A DNA stretch of 63,728 nt, counting the filler, from Octopus bimaculoides (Eukaryota), in assembly GCF_001194135.2 (NCBI RefSeq). It is 5 parts of 4 records of this genome, joined end to end, with 100 filler letters (N's around TTAATTAATTAA, not from the genome) between each part and the next. Parts side by side here need not be neighbours in the genome. Positions count along the whole stretch, not along the records: positions 25,722 to 54,706 come from NC_068981.1; positions 54,807 to 59,142 come from NW_026360343.1; positions 59,243 to 61,263 come from NC_068985.1; positions 61,364 to 63,728 come from NC_068983.1; 1 more part is not named here. One strand, given 5' to 3'. Of this stretch, positions 51,801 through 63,728 are shown piece by piece; position 1 is the first letter of the stretch, and every line of letters starts with the position of its first letter. The notes under the pieces are model-generated. The model saw only the letters and a program-made list of their open reading frames with translations, ran no database searches and was not told the DNA's origin. Position numbers and translations under genes: made by a program.

Positions 51801-53754
51801 AAGTCTTATCTGGCACAAATATGTGATGTGTATGGAGGATGATGATTGAGTCAAAAAGTGCCAAGTGATCTACGTGACAGGAAACTATGAAAGAAGACTG
51901 AGAAGGTATAGTGATGGCTGATCTCAAGAGGTTGGACCGACAAAAGACCACAAGTAGCCAGATGCTGTGCTGAAGAGGACCATCTAAATGATGATAATGT
52001 TGATGACACATTTATCATGAAGTTATTCACGACTGCACTGCAACACGTCACCAACTGTCTTGATCCCATCTCACCGCCTCTGAAATCTAGCTTTACAACT
52101 TCTTGTGTCTGCAATAAAGTACTTTTTACTGTCAACAGTCTTTTTCTCAGTGAAAATACCATCTATTTTTAAAGAACTCCCATTTTCAGTTGAGATGTGA
52201 TGAATGTTAGGAAGGGTTCACAGGTTATTCTGCTGCTGACCAACACTTATAAAATTATTGTGACCCCAGTTTCTGTTTAGTTATTTAATCTTTTGGCATT
52301 TGCATTACTCTGTCAAGTGTAATGTTTATTTGTTCATATTCAGTGCTACATAAAATCACTCAGTACACTCTGTAAAGTGGTTGGCATTAGGAAGGGCATC
52401 CAGTTGTAGGAACCGTGCCAAAACAGACATGGAGCCTGGGCAGCTCTTCAGCTGGCAGGAACCTGTCAAGCTGTCCAACCCATGCCAGCATGGAAAACAG
52501 AAGTTAAATGATGATGATTGTTTTAAATTATCATTATCTTGTAGCTTCAAGATTTTGATAATGTAGTTAAGTATTTTTTTAATGACATTGTAGAGTAGGT
52601 GTGAGAGGCCAGATCTAGCTGGTCTGAACATAAAACAGGTAGAATATTTGGGCCAGATATGGTCCGTTTAAATGTTAAAGGGTTAAAACAAGTTTTGTGT
52701 GCTTCACCTGTGTGATAAAATGCAGCAATTACTGCTGAATTTTTGATCAGTGAACTTACAGTGCCACTATAACTNNNNNNNNNNNNNNNNNNNNNNNNNN
52801 NNNNNNNNNNNNNNNNNNNNNNNNNNNNNNNNNNNNNNNNNNNNNNNNNNNNNNNNNNNNNNNNNNNNNNNNNNNNNNNNNNNNNNNNNNNNNNNNNNNN
52901 NNNNNNNNNNNNNNNNNNNNNNNNNNNNNNNNNNNNNNNNNNNNNNNNNNNNNNNNNNNNNNNNNNNNNNNNNNNNNNNNNNNNNNNAAAAATCCAAGGC
53001 TGTGAAAGACTTTAGAACATTTATAAATAGAAGGTCTTACAGCTGTTTCTGGGATATTTTATATATCCCTTCATTGGAGACGGTGTGAGAAAATGGTTAA
53101 GCAATAGTTACTTTTAGATAAGATATGAAACAGAGAGTGAAGTGGAAGAATGAAAATAGACATGAGATATGCAGGGATATTGCATCTGTAGATCCATTAT
53201 TTAGGTAGAATGGTATGCATATAAGATTCCAGTACCTTGTAAGTTCCAATAGTATTTAAAATTGGTCATTCCTAGTATAGGAATAATATTAGTGACAAGA
53301 TATTGTGAAGGGAGTGCGAGTAAGTGGCGAAAGACCTGGGTATATATAGAGATAGCAGTGATACAGAAAGACAGAGGTGTGAAGACAGGATTGGGGAGTG
53401 AGAGCTAGGCATAGTGAATGAAGGAAATGTGAGAAAAGGGAGAGATGTAAATTGGTTTGTTGAGGTAGGGTGAGGTAAAAGTTTTCTTGTTACGTGTGGG
53501 TGGAACACCCAGGTCAGGGGCTAGCAGATGGCAATAATAGAGTGAGATAAGGCATGTGGATAGAATGCACAGGTCAGGGGCAAGCAGAGAGCAATGATAG
53601 AGTGACACCAGGCCAAGAGGACAAGAAAGATTGGGGAGTGGGAGGTAATCATAGTACATAAAGCAGAAATGTGAGGAAGAGAAGGGATGTAGAGACGTAG
53701 TTTGGTTTGTTGTGGTAGAGTGTGAGCGGTTTTCTACACAGTGCTTCTAGAACT

Positions 53755-54475
53755 TAGTTTCGCTGATGTGGATGGGTCTTCTCAAGAACTTAATTTCGCT
53801 AGATATCTCGGTCTATGGTCATTTCTTCCATGAGGTCCAACTTCCTGAGATCAGTCCTTACCACTTCATCCCATGCCTTCCAGGGTCTCCCTCTTCCACA
53901 GGTACCATCCACTTTCAGTGATCAGCACTTCTTTATGCAGCTGTCCTCATTCATATGCATCACATGTCCAAACCAACATAGTCTTCTTCTCTCTTGCATG
54001 CTGCATTTGATTCCTCTTATGCCCAACTTTTCTCTCAATACATTTGCACTTTGTTTTACATGTGCACTCATGTTGCACATCCAACAGAGCATACTACTTT
54101 CGTTTCTCTCCAGTCTACACACATCTTCAGCATTCAGAGCCCATGTCTCACTACATGGAGTATAGCCATTTGTACATAAGTATCATATAGTCTAGCTTTC
54201 ACTCTGAGAGAGAGGCCTTTGTTGCCAACAGAGGTAATATCTCTCTGAACTTCCTCCACCTAATTCTTATTCTAGAAACAATGCTTTCAGAGGATCCTCC
54301 ACCATTGCTAATTTGGTCATCGAGGTACCAGAAACTATCTACAACCTCAAGAGAGCCTCCTGGGCATTTGAGAGAATCTAATTCCTGTGAGATCTTAGTG
54401 CTTATTGTTCCTGCACATCTTCCACATACAAAGACTACTCTATCTGTTAATCTACCTGTGATACCTGTGTTTTAA
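53755..54475 (-). mobile_element. RTE-clade LINE 3' fragment
   Basis: EVVDSFWYL..RIRIRWRKFRE..LRVKARLY..ETWAL..RLERNE..RLCWFGHVMHMNEDSCIKKC. Confidence 0.82.
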
Positions 54476-54806
54476 AAAAATCTTTGGGTAGGAAAAATTG
54501 AAGCTGAACCCACATCTTTAAAAATGACAGATCATCTACTATTGAGCAAAGAAATCTTTTAGATTTTTCTATCCATTTTAGAAACTTTATTCTTACCAGC
54601 TTTATCCACTTCGAGCTTCACCATTCCCCAAAAATAATTGTGTGTACACACACACACACACATACACATATATGTATACACATACACACACGTGTGTGTG
54701 TGTGTGNNNNNNNNNNNNNNNNNNNNNNNNNNNNNNNNNNNNNNNNNNNNTTAATTAATTAANNNNNNNNNNNNNNNNNNNNNNNNNNNNNNNNNNNNNN
54801 NNNNNN

Positions 54807-57800
54807 CAAGTACAGGTACAATAAAATGTATAAGTACAATAACGAGTACAAGTGCAATAACAATACAAGCACAATCACAAGTTTAAGTAGAATAAATAGT
54901 ACAAGTACAATGACAAGTACAAGTACAGTCACAAATACAATAACAAGTACCAGTACAGGTACAAGTACAATAACAAGTAGAAGTACAATAACAAGTACAA
55001 GGACATGTAAAATAACAAGTACAAGTAAATGTACAAGGACAAGTGCAAGAACAAGCACAAGTACAAGAACAAGAACGTGAGCAAGAACAGGAACAAGAAG
55101 AAAAAGAAGAACAGGAACAAGAACAAGTACAAGAACAATTACAGGTACAATATAAGTACAAGTACAAATACTGGTACACATACAGGTATATGTACAGGTA
55201 CAGGTATAGGTACAAATACAGGTACATGCACGGGTAGAAGTACAGGTACAAGTACGGGTACAATGACAAGTACAGGACAATGACAAGTACAAGACAATGA
55301 TAAGTACAAGTACAGGTACAAATACAAGTACAAGTACAATAACAATGCATGTACAAGAACAATAAAAAATACGTATACCATAACAAGTATAACAAGTACA
55401 ATAACAAGTACAATAACATATACATGTGCAATAACAATTACAAGTACAATAAGAAGTACAACAAGTACAAGTACGATAACAAGTACAAATACAATAACAA
55501 GTACAGGTACAAGTACAATAACAAGTACAATTACATGTACAAATACAATAAGAAGTACAATTACAATAACAAGCACAAGTACAATAGCAAGTACGAGTAC
55601 AATAACAAGTAAAAGTACTATAACTAATATGATAACAATTACAAGTACAATAACAAGTAAAGTAAAATCACAACTATAAGTACAATAACATATACAAGTA
55701 CAATAACAAGTGCAAGTATAATAAAAAGCACAAGTATAATAACAAATACAAGAACAAGTACAATAACAGGTGCAAGTACAAGTATGTGTGTTGCAAACAA
55801 CTTGCACATGCAAGTGCTACCAGTCAAGAATTCCNNNNNNNNNNNNNNNNNNNNNNNNNNNNNNNNNNNNNNNNNNNNNNNNNNNNNNNNNNNNNNNNNN
55901 NNNNNNNNNNNNNNNNNNNNNNNNNNNNNNNNNNNNNNNNNNNNNNNNNNNNNNNNNNNNNNNNNNNNNNNNNNNNNNNNNNNNNNNNNNNNNNNNNNNN
56001 NNNNNNNNNNNNNNNNNNNNNNNNNNNNNNNNNNNNNNNNNNNNNNNNNNNNNNNNNNNNNNNNNNNNNNNNNNNNNNNNNNNNNNNNNNNNNNNNNNNN
56101 NNNNNNNNNNNNNNNNNNNNNNNNNNNNNNNNNNNNNNNNNNNNNNNNNNNNNNNNNNNNNNNNNNNNNNNNNNNNNNNNNNNNNNNNNNNNNNNNNNNN
56201 NNNNNNNNNNNNNNNNNNNNNNNNNNNNNNNNNNNNNNNNNNNNNNNNNNNNNNNNNNNNNNNNNNNNNNNNNNNNNNNNNNNNNNNNNNNNNNNNNNNN
56301 NNNNNNNNNNNNTGAGTTAGGCCTAACGATAACAGCAGTCGTTTCACACTGTGTCCTACAAATCCTCTACATCCGACTTCGCTGTACAATTAGAAGTACA
56401 ATAAAAAGTAATGGAACAAGTACAAGTACAATAACAAATAAAAGTACAATAACAAGTACAAGCAGAGGTAGAAATACAATAAAAAGTACATGTACAAGTA
56501 CAGGTAACAGTACAATAACAAGTAGAAGTACAATAACAAGTACAAGTACCATTACATGTACAATTACAATAACAAGTACGAGTACAATAACGAGTACAAG
56601 TACAAGCACAATAACAAGTACAAGCACAATAACAAGTACGAGTACAATATCAAGTACCAGTACAAGTAAAATAACTACTACAAGTAAAATAACTAGTACA
56701 AGAACAAGAACAAGTACAAGAACATGAACAAGAACAAGAAAAAGAAGAACAGGAACANNNNNNNNNNAACAAGTACAAGAACATGAACAAGAACAAGAAA
56801 AAGAAGAACAGGAACAAGAACAAAACGAGAACAATAACAAGAAAAAGAAGAGGAACAAGAAAAAGAACAAGTACAGGTAAAAGTACAGTAACAAGCGAAG
56901 GTACCAGTACAGNNNNNNNNNNAGAACAAGTACAGGTAAAAGTACAGTAACAAGCGAAGGTACCAGTACAGGTACAAGTACAATAACAAGCACAAATACA
57001 TTAACAAGTACAAGTACAATAACAAGTACAAGCATAATCACAATTACAGGTACATCAACAAGTACAATTACAATAACAAGCATTAGTACAATAACAAGTA
57101 GAAGTACAATAACATGCATAAGAAAATAACAAGTACAAGTACAATAAAAAGTACAAGTACATGTAAAATAACAAGTATAAGTATAATAACAAGTACAAGT
57201 ACAAGTACGAGAACAAGAACAAGAACAAGAAAAAAGCAAGAACNNNNNNNNNNAAGAACAAAAACAAGAGCAAGACCAAGAACAAAAACAAGAACAAAAA
57301 CAACAAGAAGAACAAGAAAAAGAACGTGAACAAGAACAAGGACAAGAATAAGAACTAGAACAAACACAANNNNNNNNNNNNNNNNNNNNNNNNNNNNNNN
57401 NNNNNNNNNNNNNNNNNNNNNNNNNNNNNNNNNNNNNNNNNNNNNNNNNNNNNNNNNNNNNNNNNNNNNNNNNNNNNNNNNNNNNNNNNNNNNNNNNNNN
57501 NNNNNNNNNNNNNNNNNNNNNNNGAACAAAAACAAGAACAAAAACAAAAAGAAGAACAAGAAAAAGAACGTGAACAAGAACAAGGACAAGAACTAGAACA
57601 AACACAAGAACAAAAACAAAAACAAAAACANNNNNNNNNNNNNNNNNNNNNNNNNNNNNNNNNNNNNNNNNNNNNNNNNNNNNNNNNNNNNNNNNNNNNN
57701 NNNNNNNNNNNNNNNNNNNNNNNNNNNNNNNNNNNNNNNNNNNNNNNNNNNNNNNNNNNNNNNNNNNNNNNNNNNNNNNNNNNNNNNNNNNNNNNNNNNN

Positions 57801-59142
57801 NNNNNNNNNNNNNNNNNNNNNNNNNNNNNNNNNNNNNNNNNNNNNNNNNNNNNNNNNNNNNNNNNNNNNNNNNNNNNNNNNNNNNNNNNNNNNNNNNNNN
57901 NNNNNNNNNNNNNNNNNNNNNNNNNNNNNNNNNNNNNNNNNNNNNNNNNNNNNNNNNNNNNNNNNNNNNNNNNNNNNNNNNNNNNNNNNNNNNNNNNNNN
58001 NNNNNNNNNNNNNNNNNNNNNNNNNNNNNNNNNNNNNNNNNNNNNNNNNNNNNNNNNNNNNNNNNNNNNNNNNNNNNNNNNNNNNNNNNNNNNNNNNNNN
58101 NNNNNNNNNNNNNNNNNNNNNNNNNNNNNNNNNNNNNNNNNNNNNNNNNNNNNNNNNNNNNNNNNNNNNNNNNNNNNNNNNNNNNNNNNNNNNNNNNNNN
58201 NNNNNNNNNNNNNNNNNNNNNNNNNNNNNNNNNNNNNNNNNNNNNNNNNNNNNNNNNNNNNNNNNNNNNNNNNNNNNNNNNNNNNNNNNNNNNNNNNNNN
58301 NNNNNNNNNNNNNNNNNNNNNNNNNNNNNNNNNNNNNNNNNNNNNNNACAAAAACAAAAGCAAGAACAAGAACAAAAGCAAGAACAAGAACAACAAGAAC
58401 AAAAACAAGAACAAAAACAAAAGCAACAACAAGAAAAAGAACGTGAACAAGAACAAGGACAAGAACAAGAACTAGAANNNNNNNNNNNNNNNNNNNNNNN
58501 NNNNNNNNNNNNNNNNNNNNNNNNNNNNNNNNNNNNNNNNNNNNNNNNNNNNNNNNNNNNNNNNNNNNNNNNNNNNNNNNACAAGAACAAAAACAAAAGC
58601 AAGAACAAGAACAAGAACGTAAACAAGAACGAGGACAAGAACAAGAACAAGAACAAACACAAGAACAAAAACAAGAACAAAAACAAAAAAACAAGAACAA
58701 AAACAAAAAAACAAGAACAAAAGCAAGAACAAGAAAAAGAACAAGAACAAACNNNNNNNNNNAAAACAAGAACAAAAGCAAGAACAAGAAAAAGAACAAG
58801 AACAAACACACGAACAAAAACAAGAACAAGAACAAGAACAAGAGCAAGACCAAGAACAAAAACAATAACAAAAACAAGANNNNNNNNNNNNNNNNNNNNN
58901 NNNNNNNNNNNNNNNNNNNNNNNNNNNNNNNNNNNNNNNNNNNNNNNNNNNNNNNNNNNNNNNNNNNNNNNNNNNNNNNNNNAAGAACAAAAACAAGAAC
59001 AAGAACAAAAGCAAGAACAAGAACAAAAACAATAGCAAGACCAAGAACAAAACAAGAACAAAAACAAGACCAAAACAAAAACAAGAACAAGAACAAGAAA
59101 AAGAAAACGAGAACAAGAACGAGAACAAAAACAAGAACAAAA
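54807..59142. repeat. ~4.3 kb degenerate hexamer satellite (ACAAGT/ACAATA grading to ACAAGA/ACAAAA), gapped
   Basis: 6-bp periodicity throughout; strongly A-rich + strand; gives long low-complexity ORFs. Confidence 0.9.
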
Positions 59143-59242
59143 NNNNNNNNNNNNNNNNNNNNNNNNNNNNNNNNNNNNNNNNNNNNTTAATTAATTAANN
59201 NNNNNNNNNNNNNNNNNNNNNNNNNNNNNNNNNNNNNNNNNN

Positions 59243-59291
59243 GAAGAGGAGGAACCAGAGGAGGAGGACGATGATGATGATGATGATGGTT

Positions 59292-59356
<65 letters not shown>

Positions 59357-59489
59357 GATAATGATGAAAATGATGATGGTGACCATGATGACGATGCAGA
59401 TGATGATGACGTGACAGTGGTCTTGATGCGGAAGAAAAAGAGGCGCTGATGATGATGATGATGATGATGATGATAATGATGATGATGAC

Positions 59490-59528
<39 letters not shown>

Positions 59529-59640
59529 AGCGGTAGTGGTAGTGATGTGGTGGTTGTCGTGGTCGTGTTGGTGCCGAAGAGATGGAGGGGGTGCCAATGA
59601 TGCCGACACTGACGATAATTATGATGATGATGTTATTTAA
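59243..59640. repeat. (GAT)n-rich trinucleotide repeat
   Basis: Direct repeats. Confidence 0.9.
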
Positions 59641-60947
59641 CCCCAGCCTCAGTTCGGCCCTGAACAGTCTGACCTACGGTAAAAGACGTTCCAGCTATGA
59701 ATATCCTGTCCCTTAGTATAGCTAGGAGTACATTTGCCAGTGTGTTATTGCTATTTTTTAGAAGACAAAGCACGTTTTTATTGTTATTTAATCCCAGATC
59801 AATCCTGACCAAACAAACCTATGATCAAACTATGATTCAAAGCCTTCCATTAGTGACCATCACGTCTTTTCCTCATGGACCAAATAATTCAGCTTGTCTC
59901 TTTGTTTTGATTTGGTTCATGTTTTAGATAATAGGGTGTTATTTTGCTGCTATTTCTAGCAGGTTAAGCGACCACATTAGAGACTCGTTCATTGGGCTTC
60001 AAAGCGCGGGGCGGCAACGGTGTTAGATGTGATGGTGGCGGGGATGGTGGTAGCGGCGATGGGTGTGGTGTACAAGAGGACAATTAGCTGGATTGGTGTC
60101 ATTCTGTGTGAGAGAGAGAGGGGGGGGGAGAGAAATAAAGTAATGGGAGAGGATGGATGAAATTAGAGGTGGAGGAGGAGGAGGCTGGTAGTGGTGGTTA
60201 CGGGTGACAGGGTGACAATTAGTGAAGTTGCTGCTAATTGTGTGTGCGTGNNNNNNNNNNNNNNNNNNNNNNNNNNNNNNNNNNNNNNNNNNNNNNNNNN
60301 NNNNNNNNNNNNNNNNNNNNNNNNNNNNNNNNNNNNNNNNNNNNNNNNNNNNNNNNNNNNNNNNNNNNNNNNNNNNNNNNNNNNNNNNNNNNNNNNNNNN
60401 NNNNNNNNNNNNNNNNNNNNNNNNNNNNNNNNNNNNNNNNNNNNNNNNNNNNNNNNNNNNNNNNNNNNNNNNNNNNNNNNNNNNNNNNNNNNNNNNNNNN
60501 NNNNNNNNNNNNNNNNNNNNNNNNNNNNNNNNNNNNNNNNNNNNNNNNNNNNNNNNNNNNNNNNNNNNNNNNNNNNNNNNNNNNNNNNNNNNNNNNNNNN
60601 NNNNNNNNNNNNNNNNNNNNNNNNNNNNNNNNNNNNNNNNNNNNNNNNNNNNNNNNNNNNNNNNNNNNNNNNNNNNNNNNNNNNNNNNNNNNNNNNNNNN
60701 NNNNNNNNNNNNNNNNNNNNNNNNNNNNNNNNNNNNNNNGAGAGAGAGAGAGAGGGGGAGAAATAAAAAAAAAACAGAGACAAATGATGAGGAAGGGGGG
60801 AGAAGCTCCACCCTCACATCACTCCCTCTCATTTACTTTCTGTTTCTCTTTTGTCTTCTATCTTTTACTTGTTTCAGTCATTGAACTGCGACCATGCTGG
60901 AGCAACGCCTTCAAGTGTTTAATCGAATAAGTACAAGTAGTTGTTGC

Positions 60948-60981
<34 letters not shown>

Positions 60982-61145
60982 GCTGTTGTTGTTTTTGTTT
61001 CGTTCGAGGCCAATATTCATTGAGAGATCTGTGATTTGGAAGGCGTTCCTGCAGTCTTCCTGCATATCGGCGAATACCTTGTTTGATCCAATGGTTCACA
61101 CCTGGTCTGCGCAACCCTGGAAGAGGTCAACAAAGCAGACGCACG

Positions 61146-61177
<32 letters not shown>

Positions 61178-62772
61178 CACATACACACACACACACACAC
61201 ACATACACACACATCTTATAATAATTCTGGACGTTTCTGCGTTACTTAGCCCGTCTGTAACGCNNNNNNNNNNNNNNNNNNNNNNNNNNNNNNNNNNNNN
61301 NNNNNNNTTAATTAATTAANNNNNNNNNNNNNNNNNNNNNNNNNNNNNNNNNNNNNNNNNNNNTATATATATATATATATATATATATATTTAGTCTAAG
61401 AACAAAATAAAAGTGAATACAATATTATGTTTTAAATAGTTGTCATGACCTTTACAAGATGCAGTTTTGTGCGTGTTTTCAATAAGTCTTTTACTCTGTA
61501 AACGTATGGATTACTTCTCCCTTTCATATTATAAATAGTACATTGTGCACCCTAATTACTCTTATACATGTACATACATATGAATGCGCGCGCACTCACA
61601 TACATGCATACATACACACATGTACATACATTGATGTATATATACATAAATATATATACATGTGTAAATACACTCACACACACTCGTGCATATATACACA
61701 TATACATACATTCACGTATTCGTGTACATTACTGTGGGAAAATAAACTGACATCAGCCGAGATCCCTATGTCTCGCTACCACCTACCTGACATTCTTTCA
61801 TGCAGTCAAACCTTTTAACAAAGCTTTCTCTGACTCACAGACTTTTTACTGACTCATTGACAAAGAGAAAAAACAAGTTCTCCTTGTACTCTTGTCATGG
61901 TTGGGCAACACCAAGGGTGGGGCTATCGCTATCCATGGCAAGGGCGATGAGAAGGGTCGGTTTATCTACCCCCCCACATCTCTCTAATTCTTTTTCTCTT
62001 TTATACACTCACACGCCCTCTTTTTTTTTTTAGAGATATCTTTGGGTTGTTCGTTTTTGGTTGTAGTCTGATATTCTTTGGTCGTTTAATCAGCGTAGCT
62101 AACACGGGCTGTTTTTTAAGAGACGGATTCACATGACGAGGAGGATAAAGACTGATGCACGTGGTGNNNNNNNNNNNNNNNNNNNNNNNNNNNNNNNNNN
62201 NNNNNNNNNNNNNNNNNNNNNNNNNNNNNNNNNNNNNNNNNNNNNNNNNNNNNNNNNNNNNNNNNNNNNNNNNNNNNNNNNNNNNNNNNNNNNNNNNNNN
62301 NNNNNNNNNNNNNNNNNNNNNNNNNNNNNNNNNNNNNNNNNNNNNNNNNNNNNNNNNNNNNNNNNNNNNNNNNNNNNNNNNNNNNNNNNNNNNNNNNNNN
62401 NNNNNNNNNNNNNNNNNNNNNNNNNNNNNNNNNNNNNNNNNNNNNNNNNNNNNNNNNNNNNNNNNNNNNNNNNNNNNNNNNNNNNNNNNNNNNNNNNNNN
62501 NNNNNNNNNNNNNNNNNNNNNNNNNNNNNNNNNNNNNNNNNNNNNNNNNNNNNNNNNNNNNNNNNNNNNNNNNNNNNNNNNNNNNNNNNNNNNNNNNNNN
62601 NNNNNNNNNNNNNNNNNNNNNNNNNNNNNNNNNNNNNNNNNNNNNNNNNNNNNNNNNNNNNNNNNNNNNNNNNNNNNNNNNNNNNNNNNNNNNNNNNNNN
62701 NNNNNNNNNNNNNNNNNNNNNNNNNNNNNNNNNNNNNNNNNNNNNNNNNNNNNNNNNNNNNNNNNNNNNNNN

Positions 62773-63126
62773 GGAGAAACAAGAAGCAGAAGGGGAGGAG
62801 GAGGAGGAGGAGGAAGTGGAAGAAGAAGGGAGGAGGAGGAGGAAGAAGAGGAGGAGGAAGGAGGAAGGAGAAGAAGAAAAGAGGAGGAGGAAGGGGAGGA
62901 AGGAGGAGTAGAGGAGGAAGAAGAAGAAGAAGAAGAGGAGGAGGAAGAGGTGGAGGAAGAAGAAGAAGAAGAAGAAAAAGAAGAAGATGAGATGGGAGGA
63001 GAAAAAAAGTAGCGGAAGGAGGAGGAGGAGGAGGAAAAAGGGAAGAAAAGAAGAAGCAGAAGAAGTAGGAGGATAAGAACCTAAAGAAAAAGATGATACT
63101 GAGCGTGGAGAGGAGTATGACTATGC

Positions 63127-63183
<57 letters not shown>

Positions 63184-63429
63184 CGATGATGATGATGACG
63201 ATGGCAGTAATCCTGATGAACATTATGAGATGAAGATAATGTTGATGACATAATGGATAATTAAGACGATGGAGATGTTGCTGACGATGACAATGATGAT
63301 GATGATGATATCAATGATGATACCAATAAGGATTATGAGAGAATGTTGTTAATGATGAAAGCGATTAAAGAGAAGCGGTAGTCTGACGTTGACGGATAAT
63401 CTTCACGAAGGATAATTGATATGATGATC

Positions 63430-63460
<31 letters not shown>

Positions 63461-63470
63461 CGACACAATA
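62773..63470. repeat. (GAG/GAA)n then (GAT)n low-complexity region
   Basis: Direct repeats; poly-Glu/poly-Asp pseudo-ORFs. Confidence 0.9.
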
Positions 63471-63567
63471 ATGTTCATAAGGATCATGAAGGTCTTGTTG
63501 TTGTCGTTGTGGTTAATGAGCATAAGTCTGATGATTATATGCATTGTATATAAATGTGTGTGTGTGT

Positions 63568-63728
63568 GCGGCTGTGTGGTAAGTAGCTTGCTTACCAACC
63601 ACATGGTTCCGGGTTCATTCCCACTGCGTAGCACCTTGGGCAAGTGTCTTCTACTATAGCCTCGGGCCGACCAAAGCCTTCAGAGGGGATTTGGTAGACG
63701 GAAACTGAAAGAAGCCCGTCGTATATAT
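63568..63728 (+). mobile_element. tRNA-derived SINE (family B), CpG-intact copy
   Basis: GGCTGTGTGGTAAGTAGCTTG..GGTTCATTCCC..GGAAACTGAAAGAAGCCCGTCG; other copies ~18039-18198, 27955-28100, 37760-37895, 41555-41720 (+) and ~18680-18830, 26822-26990, 28572-28722 (-). Confidence 0.8.

Noticed and set aside
56860-56970. Exact ~50-bp duplications around 10-N gaps in the satellite
   Set aside because: Likely scaffolding overlaps.
56367-59096. 909-aa and other long ORFs in the satellite and gap regions
   Set aside because: Open only because of N runs and stop-free hexamer repeats; no domain-like composition.

Overview
AT-rich, repeat-dense animal genomic scaffold with many N gaps. The SINE/LINE/microsatellite content looks octopus-like (inference). 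One protein-coding gene is well supported: a TMEM248 orthologue on the + strand. It has six GT-AG coding exons (40358-51566) that splice in frame to 305 aa; its non-coding first exon and probably a short last exon were not located. The rest is mostly transposon debris: R4/Dong-type LINE pieces, a near full-length degraded Gypsy element with a nested Helitron, a Penelope-like element, mariner and DD37D transposons, Helitron helicase, hAT/piggyBac/pogo-type MITEs, several SINE families, a 26-bp minisatellite and a ~4.3 kb hexamer satellite. The most notable signals are a CpG-depleted domain over the gene body, a CpG-rich candidate bidirectional promoter at ~23.6-23.9 kb with a possible spliced minus-strand transcript, and a palindromic mariner derivative built from two 5' ends. 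No new biological system is firmly demonstrated. Most repeat boundaries are approximate and identifications rest on motif recognition, not database searches.
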